From the NCBI GenBank assembly GCA_964016885.1, contig CAXHJY010001496.1:1-42067 (forward strand): DNA of 42,067 nucleotides. The letters run 5' to 3'. Positions 40,171-42,067 of this stretch are shown piece by piece (position 1 is the first letter of the stretch; every line of letters starts with the position of its first letter). The DNA comes from Eledone cirrhosa. Taxonomy: Eukaryota. A model generated the notes under the pieces. That model saw nothing but the letters and a program-made list of their open reading frames with translations. It had not been told where the DNA came from and ran no database searches. A program made the position numbers and the translations under genes.

Positions 40171-40331
40171 ACTTGTATATAAGCCACTCCAAATATACTT
40201 GTATATAATCCACTCCAAATATACTTGTATATAATCCACTCCAAATATACTTGTATATAATCCACTCTGAATATACTTGTATATAATCCACTCTGAATAT
40301 ACTTGTATATAAGCCACTCTGAATATACTTG
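40171..40331. repeat. 26-bp minisatellite, 6 copies
   Basis: Unit acttgtatataatccactccaaatat and variants. Confidence 0.93.
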
Positions 40332-41180
40332 CATATGTCTTCCCTCGTTGTATGTCTGAGAAATGAGCAAAAGCCAAACCTTATTTATAAGCTGACACAT
40401 GGTTTAGATGGCGTATATATCTGGAGGGACCCCTTCCATTTTACCATCGATTTTTTGGGAGAGGGTTCACATATTCCTCGGCTTATATTTGAGTATATAC
40501 AGCAAGACATTATGTCCTGATTTGAGGGAGATTTTGCTGCTATTTCTAGCGTGTATAGAGGCTCCTTTGTTGGCACACTAGTTAATTGTTATCCAGTGCT
40601 CTCAATAGGTTCATGATTATAAGCAGGGAAAAGGCCGGACATTTTCTGAAGATGGGTCTATTTAATTGACCCCAGGGTGTATATAATTGACCTCACTACT
40701 TGACTGTTTCTTTTATTGACTCCAAAGGATGTAAAGTCGACCTTAGCTGGATTTCAGTTGAAAATGTTAAGAGCTGCTACCAAATGTTAACCTGCGAGGT
40801 ATGCTATCTCCACTCAGCTAAATCAATCATCTCACACTCTAATATAATTATAAGGATGTTTTACATAACCACATCACGTTTTGGTACCAAGTTGACTGAA
40901 ACTGCCCCTGGTTCTATGATAACAAACATGTTTATGTTAGAGTGTTTATCATCATTACCATTTGATATCTGTTTGTCTCTGATAGCAAGGGTTAGACAGG
41001 TCATCACAGAACAGCTCAGTATTCTAGCAGAGCTACTGACCGGTCAGATGCCAGGGTACTGAACCTTCTTTCACATAAGATCTCTTTCACTACCACGTGT
41101 ATTTTATTGAGACACCAACACTCAGGAGGTAGCCATGTCTCTCTGACACAGTTGAAGAATCTTCCTGATCTTAAAAACAA

Positions 41181-41322
41181 CATCATCATCATCGTTTCTA
41201 TGTCTGTTTTTCCACACTAGCATAGGTTGGCCGGTACTTTTAAACACGGCATCTCTCCAGCCTTCACGTTCCTTTGTCATCTCTTCTGTGAGTTTCAGCG
41301 ATTTAAGATCTGCTCTCACCAC
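41181..41322 (-). mobile_element. 3' end of an RTE-clade LINE
   Basis: Minus strand reads VVRADLKSLKLTEEMTKEREGWRDAV (cf. RTE ORF C-terminus V-x2-DL...DR-x2-WR-x2-V), followed by a short 3' region and (GAT)n tail. Confidence 0.7.
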
Positions 41323-41329
41323 CCTCAGT

Positions 41330-41417
41330 AGGATTTCAACTCAGAATGTAAAGGGCCATAACTCTATACTGCAGTGCATGTTGTCTGATGCTCTACCAAT
41401 TCTGCCACTCCACTACC
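41330..41417 (-). mobile_element. SINE family A, diverged 5' half
   Basis: ggatttcaactcagaatgtaaaggg...ctctaccaattctgccactccac parallels 12241-12323. Confidence 0.7.
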
Positions 41418-41558
41418 TCCTCAAATAATTATGATATTGGTTTAATTATAATAAATAACAAGAAATATGAAGGTACCTTCTACTTTGAACCCAGTGGACA
41501 TGGTTCCTTCTGAACTTTGTCAGACATTTTAGCCAGGATCTTCACCACAACAGCCCCT

Positions 41559-41770
41559 AGAATCGGTAGAGCGTCGGACATGCTTCACGGAATAGAGTTA
41601 CGGCCCTTTACGTTCTGAATTCAAATCCCGTCGAGGTTAGCTTTGCCTTTCATTCTTACAGGGTCGATAAAATAAAGTACCAGTAATGCACTGAGGTCAA
41701 TTTAATTGACTTTCCCCGCCCCTTCAAATTGCTGGCCTTGTGCCTAAATCAGAAACTATTATAATAATAA
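41559..41770 (+). mobile_element. SINE family A, long variant
   Basis: Same head and core plus extra segment gtcaatttaattgactttccccgccccttcaaa before gctggccttgtgcc; (TAA)n-like tail. Confidence 0.85.
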
Positions 41771-41781
41771 TATTACCTTGA

Positions 41782-41909
41782 TACTGATAGTGGTGGGGGG
41801 GGGAGTTGTTATTACTGATAGTAGTGGGGGGAGGGGTTATTATTGATAGTGGAGGGGGGGGTTATTATTGATAGTGGAGGGGGGGGGTTATTATTGATAG
41901 TGGAGGGGG
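41782..41909. repeat. G-run minisatellite (~23-25 nt)
   Basis: ttattattgatagtggaggggggg-like unit, ~5 copies. Confidence 0.85.
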
Positions 41910-42067
41910 GGGTTATTATTGATAGTGGAGATGTAATATGATGGAAGAAAAACAGTGGAAAGTTATCCAGGGTCAGGATATTGGATAGACTTTCCTTTAT
42001 AAAAGTAGTTGTTTTCTTTGGGGTGTGTGTGTGTGTGTTGTCTTTGGGGGATGTGTGTGAGTGTGTG

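Overview
Eukaryotic, AT-rich, microsatellite-saturated genomic DNA, almost entirely non-coding. The repeat repertoire resembles what I recall for octopus/coleoid cephalopods, but that assignment is an inference. The only convincing protein-coding feature is one 101-nt internal exon (+, 14524-14624) encoding the start of a plexin PSI domain (LSKVRVEDCSRYKKCNVCIGVKDPYCGWCTLENK); it is absent from the ORF track, and no flanking plexin exons were found, so most of the window is probably intronic. The rest comprises tRNA-derived SINEs (at least two families plus an RTE-like 3' tail), MITEs (piggyBac-like with TTAA, Tc1/mariner-like with TA), a decayed Tc1 transposase, an RTE LINE 3' end, many minisatellites, and short unique islands inside (TA)n tracts that carry hammerhead-ribozyme (HHR)-like motifs and palindromes typical of Penelope-like elements (PLEs). 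Essentially all listed ORFs are repeat artefacts. No CRISPR array, rRNA or true tRNA gene, or clearly new multi-gene system was found.
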